A stretch of DNA of 64,000 bases from Ophelia neglecta (lineage: Eukaryota). The DNA is taken from the NCBI GenBank assembly GCA_965285935.1, contig OZ260661.1, positions 27,156,001-27,220,000 on the forward strand, given 5' to 3'. The notes beneath the pieces are model-generated. The model was not told where the DNA came from and did no database searches. It was given only the letters and a program-made list of their open reading frames with translations. Of this stretch, positions 12,501-24,500 are shown one piece after another; the first letter of the stretch is position 1, and each line of letters opens with the position of its first letter. The translations under genes and the position numbers were made by a program.

Positions 12501-15500
12501 ACAAATAATAGCAGAGACAACGGGTAACCATGGTAACAGATAGAACCTATACAACTACAAAATGTTTAATTTCTAAAAGCATGAGAAATTCTAGTGTGCA
12601 AGGTTTATAAACAATCTTCATGTTTGACCCTCAAATTAACACAGTCAACATCAAAAGTTTTGCATTTTAATAAAAATACACAGAATAACATTCTGTTCAA
12701 AAAGCTTTGAAGAAGTCATGCTCGCCAAAGAGAGTTAAAATATCATTAATATGACGCAACACATTTCGAATGCAATTTGTCGGCATTATTGCATAGTGAT
12801 TAATAAATCATATATGTCCTTAATATGCAATATATAAAATGAAGAAGCCAGATTGGCGGGGGAACTCATTCAACAGAAAGCATGTATAGTATGACACTGG
12901 AGGGGAGACACAATCTGACCAACCTCACTGCTTGAATAGCCAAAATAAAGGTATATTCAAATTGCAAATGCATCCAAATTTGAATATGTATCACCAAAAA
13001 ATTTCATGTCAATGGAAACATTGGAATACCAACAACATGCCATGGCATATTTCACGGGCCGCAGGCAAACAACACTGAAGTAGTACCATCAGGCACTAAA
13101 TATCAACTCTGGATTATTCAATAATTTGACTACACACGTAGCAAGACAAGGGATAAATCCGACAATTAAGGAACGGAATTCATTGAAACTATGAATGGGG
13201 GAAAATTGATCACATTCAAACAGAAAACAACCACTAACATGCCTAGATAAGCTGGCACTTTGGTGGGAAATTCTCTAGTCTTAACAGCTGAATCAATCAA
13301 ATAAACATCCATTTAGACATAAAAGGGTCAAAAAGTAAAAAATAATTAAACTAAACAGGAAAAAGTAAGTCTTAATAGCAGCCCACTAAAGGAAAGGAAC
13401 ACCAAGACATTTTAAAAACAGATAGGTTAGCTTGGTTTCTTTTTTCTGTGAAGTGTTAGTCAAATGGTCATGTCATGAAGTAGTATGTACAAGTATAGCC
13501 TGAGAGAAGAGAACATTTATGGGAAGCTCAAGCTTCAGCGACCTCACTGATGTCATTGTGGTGTTAGTAGTATACCGAGGTAACGAGGCTTACAGAGTTT
13601 TCTTTTTGTGCTTTTTCCAGAGCAGCACCGAGCTCGGCGAGTCTAGCCTCCTTCTCCTGTACCTGAGCCTCAAGGTCGGCCGAGTGCGAATGAGATGCGT
13701 CTGCTGAGCCCAGCTTCTCTGACAAGGACTGAAAAACATAGCAGACGACACCTAGTGGCAGAAATGGCCAAAAGTCACAGCACTGCTAGTTAGTAGTTTA
13801 CTGGCTGTTTCAAACTCAAATGAAGCAGCTATGACTTCAGAATTACCTCGCTGGCTATATTTCTATCCAAGTATTGGATTTTAAGGAATTTCCTTTCACT
13901 TTTAAATTAAGATGCCTGCCGTATTTTTGATTGTTACCCGGTGTTTTGTTTTATTTTAAAGTTATATTAGTACAAATTTAAAAATATAAGCAGACACCAG
14001 ATGTGAAATTAAAACTGCTGCAAGTTCATTTGATAACTGTTACTTATCATTCTAATTCAACCCTAATCAATATATCCTGGCCTATAGATGGCAACTTAAA
14101 GAATGGTCCATCTGTGCTGTTTAATTACTACAAGTACTAGCTAATAATTAAGTCAGGCTTAATCAATTAAAAACACTATAAATAAATGTGCAGATAAAAT
14201 GAGTGCTGTAGTAATGTGTTAGTTCTCAGCTGTTACATGGGAACTGAGAGGAGTATATACAAACAATCAATAAATTGTATTTTTGTCTCAGAGGGAGCAG
14301 AAGGGGTGCGGACATTAGAGACCTTGAGATTTTCTGACGTGTCTGTTCGGAAACCATAGGGCCCTGCCCACCAGGTATAATTAGAGCCTACAAGGTGCAT
14401 ACCTAATCCTCTGGCAGAATTTAATCAGACTTTATTACCCGGTTAGCTGGGCCCCATGCGGACGGACACTCAGTAAAGTCTTAAACTCTCTATTAAAAGG
14501 TAACAGCTGAAACTGTTAGCCAAACACTTGGGCGGTTTTTCACCATGTGTTTCATATTCAATATTCTTCAGAGCTAATCAATATTCCATTCACTGCACAC
14601 TTGTATACAAGCAGACAGTTTGGCATCCGCTCATTGGTGCACGAAAAATCAAGTGTTAGGGTTAAGCAAAGAATTATGGGTGTGAAATACATGCTCTATA
14701 TGTACTTGTGTGGCTCTACCAAGTGGACCAATCGATTCAAATCCAGCTAACTGCTAAAAACTGCTGGAACTTTGCATATGTCAATGTATCTAAGTCTAAG
14801 TTAACATTAATTAAGGGTTATATTCTCTGAACTGACTATTTGTTAGAACTTCAAATTATAAGCCCTGCTAGTTAATAATTCATGAACAAGACTCAGTAAA
14901 GGAGGCACTCCCTCCTGTGGAGGTTTTTATACCATAAAAAATCTTAGAAACCACACATGTCTTCCAGGATGGTAGTGAGTCATGTCAACTTGTCATGTCA
15001 TTGATACCATTTATATAGCAGCAAAAACAGAAGCATGAAGTGGTTTTAAATGGGAGTTAGTGAATCACCCGTCTGGTGTCGTGAGCAGTGAGCACGTTGG
15101 TACCAAGACACATGACAACGTATGGTCCTAAGGTCGGCCACCTAAGGAAGCTTTTCTATAGTATTTCTAATAAATAACACCGATATTGACAGATTGTATG
15201 ATCTACCCAGGTGTGCTGAGAGAGATCTGACATCTGATAAAAAGGTCTGTCTGTCAGTTGGCAGCCGTCTCCCACTTAAGGCGCCTAGTCTGCCTATCCC
15301 AAGGAACTGTGCCCCATGAATTTCAATAATAATCACAAATCAAAAAATAATACTTAGATATGCCCACCAATTAACTTCATTTTTATGATTTTATTTGGTG
15401 GCAGCTGCCAAAAAGCAGTATATATACATACAGCATATATCATATATTGTTACCATGATTTAGTCCGGACTCTGACATAGGAAGCTAAGAAATCTCAAAG

Positions 15501-18500
15501 GTATAAATGAGGCTTTAATCTTAGCCAAATGACAAGATGGCTGACAAGATGGCAAGATGGCTGACAAGATGGCTGACAGGATGGCTGACAGGATGGCTGA
15601 CTGACAGGATGGCAGCCAGGTTGGTATACTAAACAGCAGCCTTGTAGATACATATATAACTTTGACATTTGTACGCACATAAAGAGCCATATAATTTGAT
15701 AATACGGATGTTGGTGGGGCTGGGCAGTTAGTATGCCTGGGTATGGGCCTAGCATGCCAGGTTAGGGTACCTATGTGTAGTGTGCCAGCATAGCAGGGTA
15801 GGGTACTTAGTGTGCCATGGTAGGGTACCTACACTGTACATGTCATGTAGTGTGCCAGTGCAACAGGGTAGGGTACCTAGTATGCAATGGTAGGGTATCT
15901 GCATGTAGTGTGCAACAGATTAGGGTACCTAGTGTGCCATAGGAGGGTACCTATGTGTAGTGTGCCAGGGTAGGGCAGCCAGTGTACCAAGTGTACTATT
16001 TAAGTGTTAGGACCCTTTCTATTCCTAAAACTACACTAGAGGAGGGTCTGATCACTAAGCCAATGAATGCAGACCGACACCCCCCCCCCCCTCCCCCCAC
16101 CCTTCTTCTGAACAAAAGATTAGCAAAAGAAAGTACATGAAAGCAAACAGGCGCTAATTTAACCAAGTTGCATTATCATGATTATCAATGATACAGTTAT
16201 TAATCTCCTAACTAACTAATTAATTAAATGTACAATGTCTGTAAGATGCACAATATATTCAAATGGTGTCTTTATGATGCATTCATTAGTATGTGCTTGA
16301 TGATGGAATTAAATGATTATTCTATCACAGCCAATTGATAAACTCATTAAACTCATCAAACACAAAGGGAATGATCTGCTAGATATCATTGTTAGATGTT
16401 AAGTGTTTAAAATCAAAGAAATCCTTTGGTGCCCCCTTGTCAAGTTCACAAGCTTTCAGTGATTTGCTGTATTTTATGTAGGGAATGGGTGTGTTATTGG
16501 AAAAGGGGTTAGTGCAATGTGATTGGTCAGTGGTTGTTAGGGAGTAAGCATAGAAACCAATCAGAATGGAGCTTACATTTTTCTCCTCTTTGAGAGCTGA
16601 AAGCTCATTGGCCAATGCTTGTAGATCGGCTGTTTTTGTAGTTAGCTCCGCCTCTACCTTTTGCGAGTGCTCGGCAGATTCTGCTAGTTTGGCTTCTAAA
16701 GATAATTTGTGCTCTTCCTCAAGTTGCTGAAAATTAAAATGCCCCAGACCACTCTCAGAAATGAAATGCAACATAAGGATCCTTAACAATTTATATTCTT
16801 TATCCTGTCCTGAAAGAACATAACCAAGACTTATCTATCTTAAGATTTGTCCTAAAGGAACATCATAATGGGTATCAAAACAAATTAATTTCATATAAAC
16901 ACACTAGATGGTTGTAAATTTCATAGATCTGCTTGTTAATATTGTATATTGTTTATATTAATAAACTGCAAATGTTTAAAGTGTTATCCCCACCTAGAGC
17001 ACACAACCACCAACACACATGACAAATGAGGTCAAACCTAGCCAATACATGTATCACATGAGGTCAAACCTAGCCAATACATGTATCACATGAGGTCAAA
17101 CCTAGCCAATACATGAATCACATGAGGTCAAACCTAGCCAATACATGTATCACATGAGGTCAAACCTAGCCGATACATGTATCAAATGAGGTCAAACCTA
17201 GCCAATACATGTATCAAATGAGGTCAAACCTAGCCAATACATGTATCACATGAGGTCAAACCTAGCCAATACATGTATCACATGAGGTCAAACCTAGCCA
17301 ATACATGTATCACATGAGGTCAAACCTAGCCAATACATGTATCACATGAGGTCAAACCTAGCCAATACATGTATCACATGAGGTCAAACCCAGCCAATAC
17401 ATGTATCAGATGAGGTCAAACCTAGTCAATACATGTATCAGATAAGATAAAGAAAAAAATGTCTGAGCTACATATAAAGGCATTTTGACACACTTCACAC
17501 AAGTCTAGCGGTAGTAAATCTATCGGCCTTATAACTCGTATAATTCAAGATTTCAGAGTGATTCTAGTTAGCATTTCATTCAGATGATAACTGGCACATT
17601 TTCTGTACGTATGTAAAAGGAAGCAAATTAAAAATGATCAACAAGAAAATACCAGCTAATCACAGCACAAAATGGAGAAGAATGATGTAAAAATAAAAAT
17701 AAAATGATCTATAGACTGTTAAAAGCATTCCAAACAATTTCAGAGCGTTTTAGATGAGTGTAGCACAGCAGAGAGGTGACATGTGGTGCTAGCTGCCATA
17801 CAGTTCGTGCAGGCCCGCCAAGTAGAGTGCAGGCTACAGTCGCCGAATCCCTAGCCGGGCAGCACCTGGTCCAACGGTCAGAACTTACTGATGTAAATTA
17901 ATACACAACAAATGAAAATAGGTTATACACAACTAACATTGGTAAATACAGAGGTCCCTTACATATTTTTTGTGCTTTGCACGTTCACTTTTCAAATCGT
18001 CCTTTAGCTTGGCGATTAGTGAGTCTTTGCTATCGAGATCAGACTTGTGTTTCATAGCGCTTTCCGCCATTTTTTCCATCTGGGATAGAGCGTCCATTGC
18101 TTTCCAATTTTTCTGCCGTAAGTCCTGTGAGGGGGAGGGTGGAATTTCAATTTAGAATTCAGAAATAGGGATATTTAAATTTGCTACAATCATGCAATTT
18201 TCCCCTTTCATGCTTAAACAAGCTCTCTCCCTCCGATGAGCCTGGATATCATATTTTTCCTATTTTTCTAATTCTAACTCTGGACACTATTTCAGTGTTA
18301 ACTGGTTGCCTTTTTCTCACTTTGTTTGTGAACTATTAACAAAATGCATAGCACCATAATGTAGTTTTTCCTTTGAGATATCTAGGTCTATTGTGCAACA
18401 GTTTCAAACAGGAATAAAACATTGGAAAATAACCATAAATGTGTTTCATTTCTGATGATATTGTTTGTCAGGCATATTTCACAGATCTTGTGTCAAAGTG

Positions 18501-21500
18501 AAAGTGTAAATGTTGGTTTCATTTCATTGATTGATGAAGGAACTTCAGGCAAAAAATACAGCATAATAATCGGTTGAAATTGATACTCCTCTACCCCTTC
18601 AAGTTTGAAATGGAACAGTCCAAAATGAACAATGCCAACTGTTTCAATATTTAACAGTTTACTGGTTGGAAATGAAACACATTGATCAGTTGGCTGGGAA
18701 TCAGCAAAGCGTTTCAAACACACAAACAGTACATCTGATACGGTGCTCTCACCAAGTCAATGGAAAATGGCGCACAAGGACTTGGCAAATCTAGCTCCTT
18801 GTATTAATGTCTTAAATTATTATTAAAGAAAGTACTCGACTTTCTTTGTCTTTTTTTATTGCTAACAGAGAGGACTTGTACCTGCGGTTAAAGGCATTGT
18901 TTTTCATTGTAAATTGAATGTTTCCAGTGTACTAAAGTTGTGCCGAAATTACCACTGGGCCTATAAACATGTATGCATTGTAAAACGTGGAATCAGTGCA
19001 CATCCTTAATTTTATGAACTCCAGGAGCCACAAAACTTGAAGTGTGCAATGATTTCAAGCCCCACTGGCCTCAGAGGTTGGAGAGCCACATGCCGATAAA
19101 TGTTATGCCCTCAATACCGCAAACAATAGACACTGTGCGAACTTCATGCTTTGTTGTATATATACAAGGGTGGAAATCAAGTCCAGTTTGTCATTTTCCA
19201 AGTTAACTTTTGACAAAATCACCACCTCAGATGTAAACAAGCGAGTTCCTGTTCTCTGACAAAGCATACTACTCACATTATTTTTCTTCCTCTGGGCTTC
19301 CAGGTCTTGGTTCACCCGAGACAGCTCGGCCAGCTTGGCCTTCAGCTCATCCTGGAGATTACACACTTCAGAGTCCTTCTCGCCCAGGCTAAAATAAACC
19401 AAGAAAAAACCATCAAATAAAGAAGCAAGAACAGGGCGGCCGGGGCAATCCGGAGCAACATAATGTCTGACTAGTAGTATGAGCACTACTAACATTATCT
19501 TGTATGTTATATAGTACTAATCACAGAACATCTGATCTAAAGCCTTGACTATGAAACAGCAAGGTGCCAACAGTTTTACATACAATAAATTTTAACATCA
19601 ATACCATATTGACTCTAATAATAAACACCCTGTTATAATTCACACCCTTGTTAATTATTTTTTACCTGCTATAATTAGAGACTATGCAAACCTGAATAAT
19701 AATAATATCTGTTTTGTCCATAATAATTAACACAGCCATAAATATTACCAATTTTAGGTGGGCATTTTATTAGAGAAATTGCAGTAATTACCAATCTGGT
19801 GGCTTAGAAAACCCATATGCAACAAAAATAATATGATAAAACTTATGTGAGTAGTACACTAAAGGGACAAGGGTTAAAGGTTATAACCTACATTTTCTCA
19901 TGCATGGAGATGTCGATAGTGGCTGTATTCACTGTTTCCCCGATAACGTGTTTCTTAGAGTCTCCATCGCCACTTGGGGGAGCCTCCTGTCCCTCCCCGG
20001 CCGTTCGCTCCTTGACAGTTTGTAACTGAGTCAGCAGGGAGTGGTTCTCCTGGCGTAGAGTCTGTTTATAGGAGAAGAATCAAATCAATAGAAAAAATAG
20101 TCTTTATTAACCCTTTCATGCCCATTACAGTGTCCAATCTGATTAAATTATAGATATTCTGGTCTAAAAGAGTTAAAGTGAACTTTAAAGGAGTATTTAT
20201 CCAGAAAAGAAGTGCTGTAAGAATTTACTGATTTCCCATCATAATTCTATTGGTATCCTACAAGCAAGGATAGTTCAAATAGTTCTTTAATGAATAGGGA
20301 AGTAATTTAAATTCAGAAGCAATTAAACACACAATATTAGTTTAATGTAAAGAGATATTGTTATAGAGGAAAATATAATTCAGTGCATCATTGAAGTATT
20401 TTTTGGAAGAATAGGGGAACTAATAGGAGTTCATTTGTTGAAAATTTAAAACTTTTTTTTAATAAACACCTACTTCACATCATTTGAATGCTCTGATTTA
20501 GCTGAATTTAATTGGTTACTGTCAACAAACAACAACAAAATATCAATGAATTAGATTCTAAGTTACATAGGGTTAGGTACCACAATCAAAATTAATTACT
20601 GAAAACATTTGGTTAAAGTTAATTGCCCTTTTAAAAGAACCTTACGAGCTATCACAGACCTGTATGTCTCTATCCTTCTCAACATTGGTCTTCTCCATGT
20701 CCCCGATCCTGGCCTCACACTGCTGACGAACGCCCTCGATCTCCTTCATTTTGGCCTCCAGGTGGCGTACATGATCCACACCTTGTGACTGCGAGCTTTC
20801 CATCATGGTAATACGTTCTCTCAGTTTAGCCATCTCCTGGTAAGTGATTTTAATATAGTCATCAAAGTATGGAGCCGCAGCGATTACAAACCCTCTCCCC
20901 ATTGGCTCTTGCAGGTTACCATGGCAACTCCCTCATAACATTAAGTATAGGAGAATGGACAAGTTTCTATGGATTAGTGCATTCCCATGTACCGAGGTGC
21001 TATCAAGCCGAGGAGACGCATTATGCACAAAACTTTTGATATAAATATCTGAAATAACATGCACTTAGTGCACTTTCCATATAAAACAAATTATAGAAAT
21101 GCACTTTTCTGAATATAGATTTCAACAAATTGGTTTATGAATTGTAGTGCCTGTTTGATTAAATTATATATCAGCCACTTCTGAAATAACCCCTCATAAT
21201 GTATTCCAAAAAAATAAATATAAATATGAAGTCATAATTTATCCTATTAAATAGTAATGTGGAGATAATTAACTGAAGTAACGAGCAATGCTAAACAGGA
21301 TATTGTTAATGGTCTTTGCAGAGCAGATTCACTGTGACCTAATTAGCCCTTTAACCTAATGGTGTGACCTACCTTATCAGCCTGATGTCCAGCGTTGTTC
21401 GACTTTTCCAGGTCACGTCCCAGGCCAGTGTTTCGGGACTCGGCCCTGCGTAGTTGTTCCTCGGTCTCCTTCAGTTTACGGGACAGTACATTCTCAGCGT

Positions 21501-24500
21501 CTTTCTATTAACGGAAATGGGTGAAGGTTTATTATAGAACAACTCAATGTGATTATTGTCAAAAAATACACCCATATAAAATACAGGTTATTGTATAGCA
21601 TCGAGACTGGAAGAACATTGTTTTTAAACCTCACAGCTATATTATTCAAACCAGGCTTTTTATCAACTATCTACTCCCCAATTAAAAGGTCAATATTTAT
21701 TCCACAACTTGAAGTTTTCTTCATGGATTTTTCAACTTTTTTAATAGGTGTTAAATGAGGTATTCAGATACAAAGCTTGAATCAGGTTTAACAGTAGTGT
21801 CATGTAGCGCCAAATTGGAACTTCAATCCTTATCATGATCATAGTAATTTCTTTGCACATGTTACAACGAACTCCATGGGCCCTATATTTCATTGTAATA
21901 TGTACCAGAAAATACTAAAAACCAAGGAAATTAAGGGAATCTGAACAAATGAACATAAAAGTGTCCACTTTAGAAAATGTGGACCATGCAAACTTGAAAC
22001 ACACGCAATCGTCAACTAGTACTACTAACTTTTAGATTACACATGTTATGAAACAAATGACAATGTCTTCTTAATTACGCCTACCAGAGATTTGTACTTT
22101 TGGTCAGACCAAGCTAACCCAAACTCCTAACAACAAAAGGAAGAAAATTATAATGTCTATTGGGTTTTTAAAAATCTCAAGGAAATTTCGCAACAACAAA
22201 ACAAAAAAAAATCTACCCAATTCTAGACTTTTCTGGATAATATATCATTAGTTTTGAAATCAAAAAATGTACCTCTACCTGAAAACAATTCCTTTTTATT
22301 TTTTGTTTTGAAGTTCCACAATTATAGAGAGAGACACCTGTAGACAAACGGCCGAAAAGTGGCAAATATTCCAAAATTTTCAAAATGGTTTAAAACATAT
22401 TTGCATTATTTCCACGCTGAATAACAGGCCTCTCTCATTAATGATCCCACATGTGATAATTTTTTTAATAAACCTAATAGTTAGATGTGTATTTTCGACA
22501 GTTTTGCTTTGGTGTAAAAGATATTTGTGCCCTCACTTTTCCTGCCTCCAGTTGTCTTATGGTCTCCTCTTGTTGACGACACTTGTTCTCGATAGCCTTC
22601 TTGGCTCCGTCGGTCTGGGACAGGAGCCGGGCGTTCTTGGACATCTCATCCTGCATGATCTTCAGCTGGGACTGCATGTTACCCATCTCCATGGTGCTGT
22701 TACGTAGGTGACTGCAGGAAACAAGGTTAATGCTATGAAAAGAGTTGTTATCGAGTCCAGCCCATCTTAACTTCCAAGGGGGAGGCCTAGGAGGTGATGG
22801 CAGGGAAGGAGAGCCAAACATGTTCCTTTTTGCCTCTTCACATCGTCGGTTTCTATCCATTCATACACTTAATTAGTAGTTTTATCCAGTCTTTTCTTCT
22901 AGCCTATGCTAAGTGAATTCATTAAATTAAACTAGTGTTTTTAATTGTTGATATATACAGTCCATGTATTTTTGTTTTGTTTTATTCAATCTAATTTTTT
23001 GGCAGGGCCCACATAATCCCTCTTTTAAATAATATATTGTATCCTTGTAGCCCAATACTTGCCTTTTGTACACAATTTCTACTAGTTAAGTTCCTGAATT
23101 ATACTTCTTTGCAGGCCCGCCATTTTGACTTTTACTTCCTTCATGGACTTTGCACCTCCCGCCCTTTTTTTAGTTTCTTTTATTGTTTAGTTCAGCAGTC
23201 ATATTACAATTAATTGTTTTAGTTGGAGGCCTTATAAGCTGTCCCGGCTTCTCCCATACCCTATTGTCACCCTATATTTAGTTAATGTGTGTAAAAACTT
23301 CTAACAAGTGTATTAAAGACACCTACACATCCACTGCCTACTTTAATTTTTGTCTTATTCATCTTCATGAATCCAAAGGTTTCAAGAACCTTTATATCTT
23401 ATCATTATTATTAGTGGTATTATCATAATTTTTAATTGTAGCAATACAATATTAAAATAAGACAAAACACAGGGTATCTATCGAATTTTGAGCAGGCAAG
23501 CATTTAAAAAATGGTTTTAAAAATAAAGTCCTGATTTTATTTTTTTATTATTATAATAATATTTTTTATTATTACTAATATATGGACTTACGCGGCCTCA
23601 GCCTGTAGACGCTGGTTGTCCTCCTGTAGCTGTCTAATCATCTCGGCCTGCTGCGGGTCGGGACCGCCACGGCTCTTCTCCATCTGACGGTGTATTTCTA
23701 TCCTGTGCTGCTCAGCGGTGTGGGTCATACGGTCCTGGAATCATACAATACCATCTTGGAATGATATAAAACTCAGCCAAATAGTCTATATCTATCATGT
23801 GCCCTTCTACCATAATACTTCTTATATCTGTCACCCTGAATCAATTCACCTGCGTCACTTTAATATAAATAAAAAAAATTTTAACTAAAAATATTCAAAA
23901 AAATAAAACTAAAATAATGTTTTAAGCTCCATGATAATATATCGACGCTATATAGGATTAAATCAGTCATTCTGAGCATGTGGTCGTTCTTCACATTTGT
24001 GTGTATGTATATGATAGGATCTAATCAAATCGTCCAGCATGGGACACCATTTATTGCTTGAACGCTATGAAGCTAGCCTTAAAATAGTCTCCATTTATGT
24101 TTATGAATGCATATGAAATAAAATAGCTAAGCTATGAAAGCTGCTCAGTAGTGGTCATTTTTCGGTAGTCTCAAGTCCCCAACTAGGAGAGGGTGGAAGG
24201 GGGCAGAATTGCCAAGTTCTAGGTATAATGAAAATGTGGAGATTTGTCATTTTTGGCTTAATTAAGAGCGTCAAAAAGATACGAGTAGCATGTGGATATT
24301 CAGAGGCAAATGGTAAGGCCTCCGCTGGATATAGCTGGCATACTTAAACCTTCTAGGTACCCTGCCTAATGGAACGGCAGACCTCCTCATCCCAGACTTT
24401 AACCTTGATAAAGCACTGCCTCCCCTCCACCCATCCCCCTTACATATTCTTAGGCCTGCCTCTGGTACATACACGTATAGGCTTCCCCAAGTCAGTACAT

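Noticed and set aside
20641-20659. Stronger-looking GTAAG donor 14 nt beyond the exon 8 donor
   Set aside because: Gives phase 2, incompatible with the phase-0 start of exon 9
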